From the NCBI RefSeq assembly GCF_004010195.1, contig NC_057754.1:9953562-10015561 (forward strand): a stretch of DNA of 62,000 nt, read 5' to 3'. The translations under genes were made by a program, and so were the position numbers. This DNA comes from Chiloscyllium plagiosum (Eukaryota). The notes below the pieces were generated by a model. The model worked only from the letters and a program-made list of their open reading frames with translations. It did no database searches and was not told the DNA's origin. This document shows positions 61,755 through 62,000 of this stretch, piece after piece (position 1 is the first letter of the stretch; each line of letters starts with the position of its first letter).

Positions 61755-62000
61755 GTGTAGGTTTACTCACTGAGCTGTAGGTCTGATATCCAGATGTTTC
61801 ATTACCTGGCTAGGTATCATCATCAGTGGCGACCTCCAAGTGAAGCGAAGCTGTTGTCTCCTACTTTCTGTTTGTCCTGGATGGGATTCCTGGGGTTTGT
61901 GGTGATGTCATTTCCTGTTCGTTTTTTGAGGGGTTGATAGGTGGTATCTAGATCTGTGTGTTCATTTATGGTGCCATGGCATGTCTTTGCTTAGCCTGAC
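61755..62000 (-). mobile_element. PLE family D-related terminal repeat (runs off the window)
   Basis: Reverse strand CCA-CTGATGA-T-GATACC-TAGCCA-GGTAAT-GAAACATC-TGG at 61790-61829. Confidence 0.7.

Noticed and set aside
1..62000. CRISPR array or prokaryotic defence system
   Set aside because: No regularly spaced repeat-spacer array or operon-like genes; the sequence is vertebrate, and its RT and nuclease motifs belong to retrotransposons.

Overview
Repeat-dense vertebrate genomic DNA, almost certainly from a shark (inferred from HE1-type SINEs, HER1/CR1 LINEs and GPR139-like and KRAB-less zinc-finger gene styles; probably a carpet shark). Host genes: the large 3' coding exon of a GPR139-like class A GPCR (+, 3815-4719; first exon not found) and a small C2H2 zinc-finger cluster. 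The cluster has an intact 7-finger gene (-, 30597-31214), a disrupted ZNF pseudogene (+, 38756-40445) arranged head-to-head with it around a CpG-rich promoter, and a ~19-finger gene (+, 54640-56397) with its own CpG promoter. Most of the rest is nested, decayed mobile DNA: many CR1 LINEs, an L2, tRNA-derived SINEs, three solo LTRs with target-site duplications (TSDs), a fragmented Gypsy-type element and at least four Penelope-like element (PLE) families. Main non-obvious signals: every PLE family carries a minimal hammerhead-ribozyme motif (CUGANGA-stem II-GAAA plus a 4-nt palindrome ACGU/AGCU) with covarying stems; short palindromic PLE insertions break right at that motif; a tRNA-Leu/SINE chimera appears to have inserted as one unit; and one PLE contains an inverted, permuted patch resembling a nearby CR1. 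Repeat boundaries are read by eye and are approximate unless a TSD is quoted. No database search was run.
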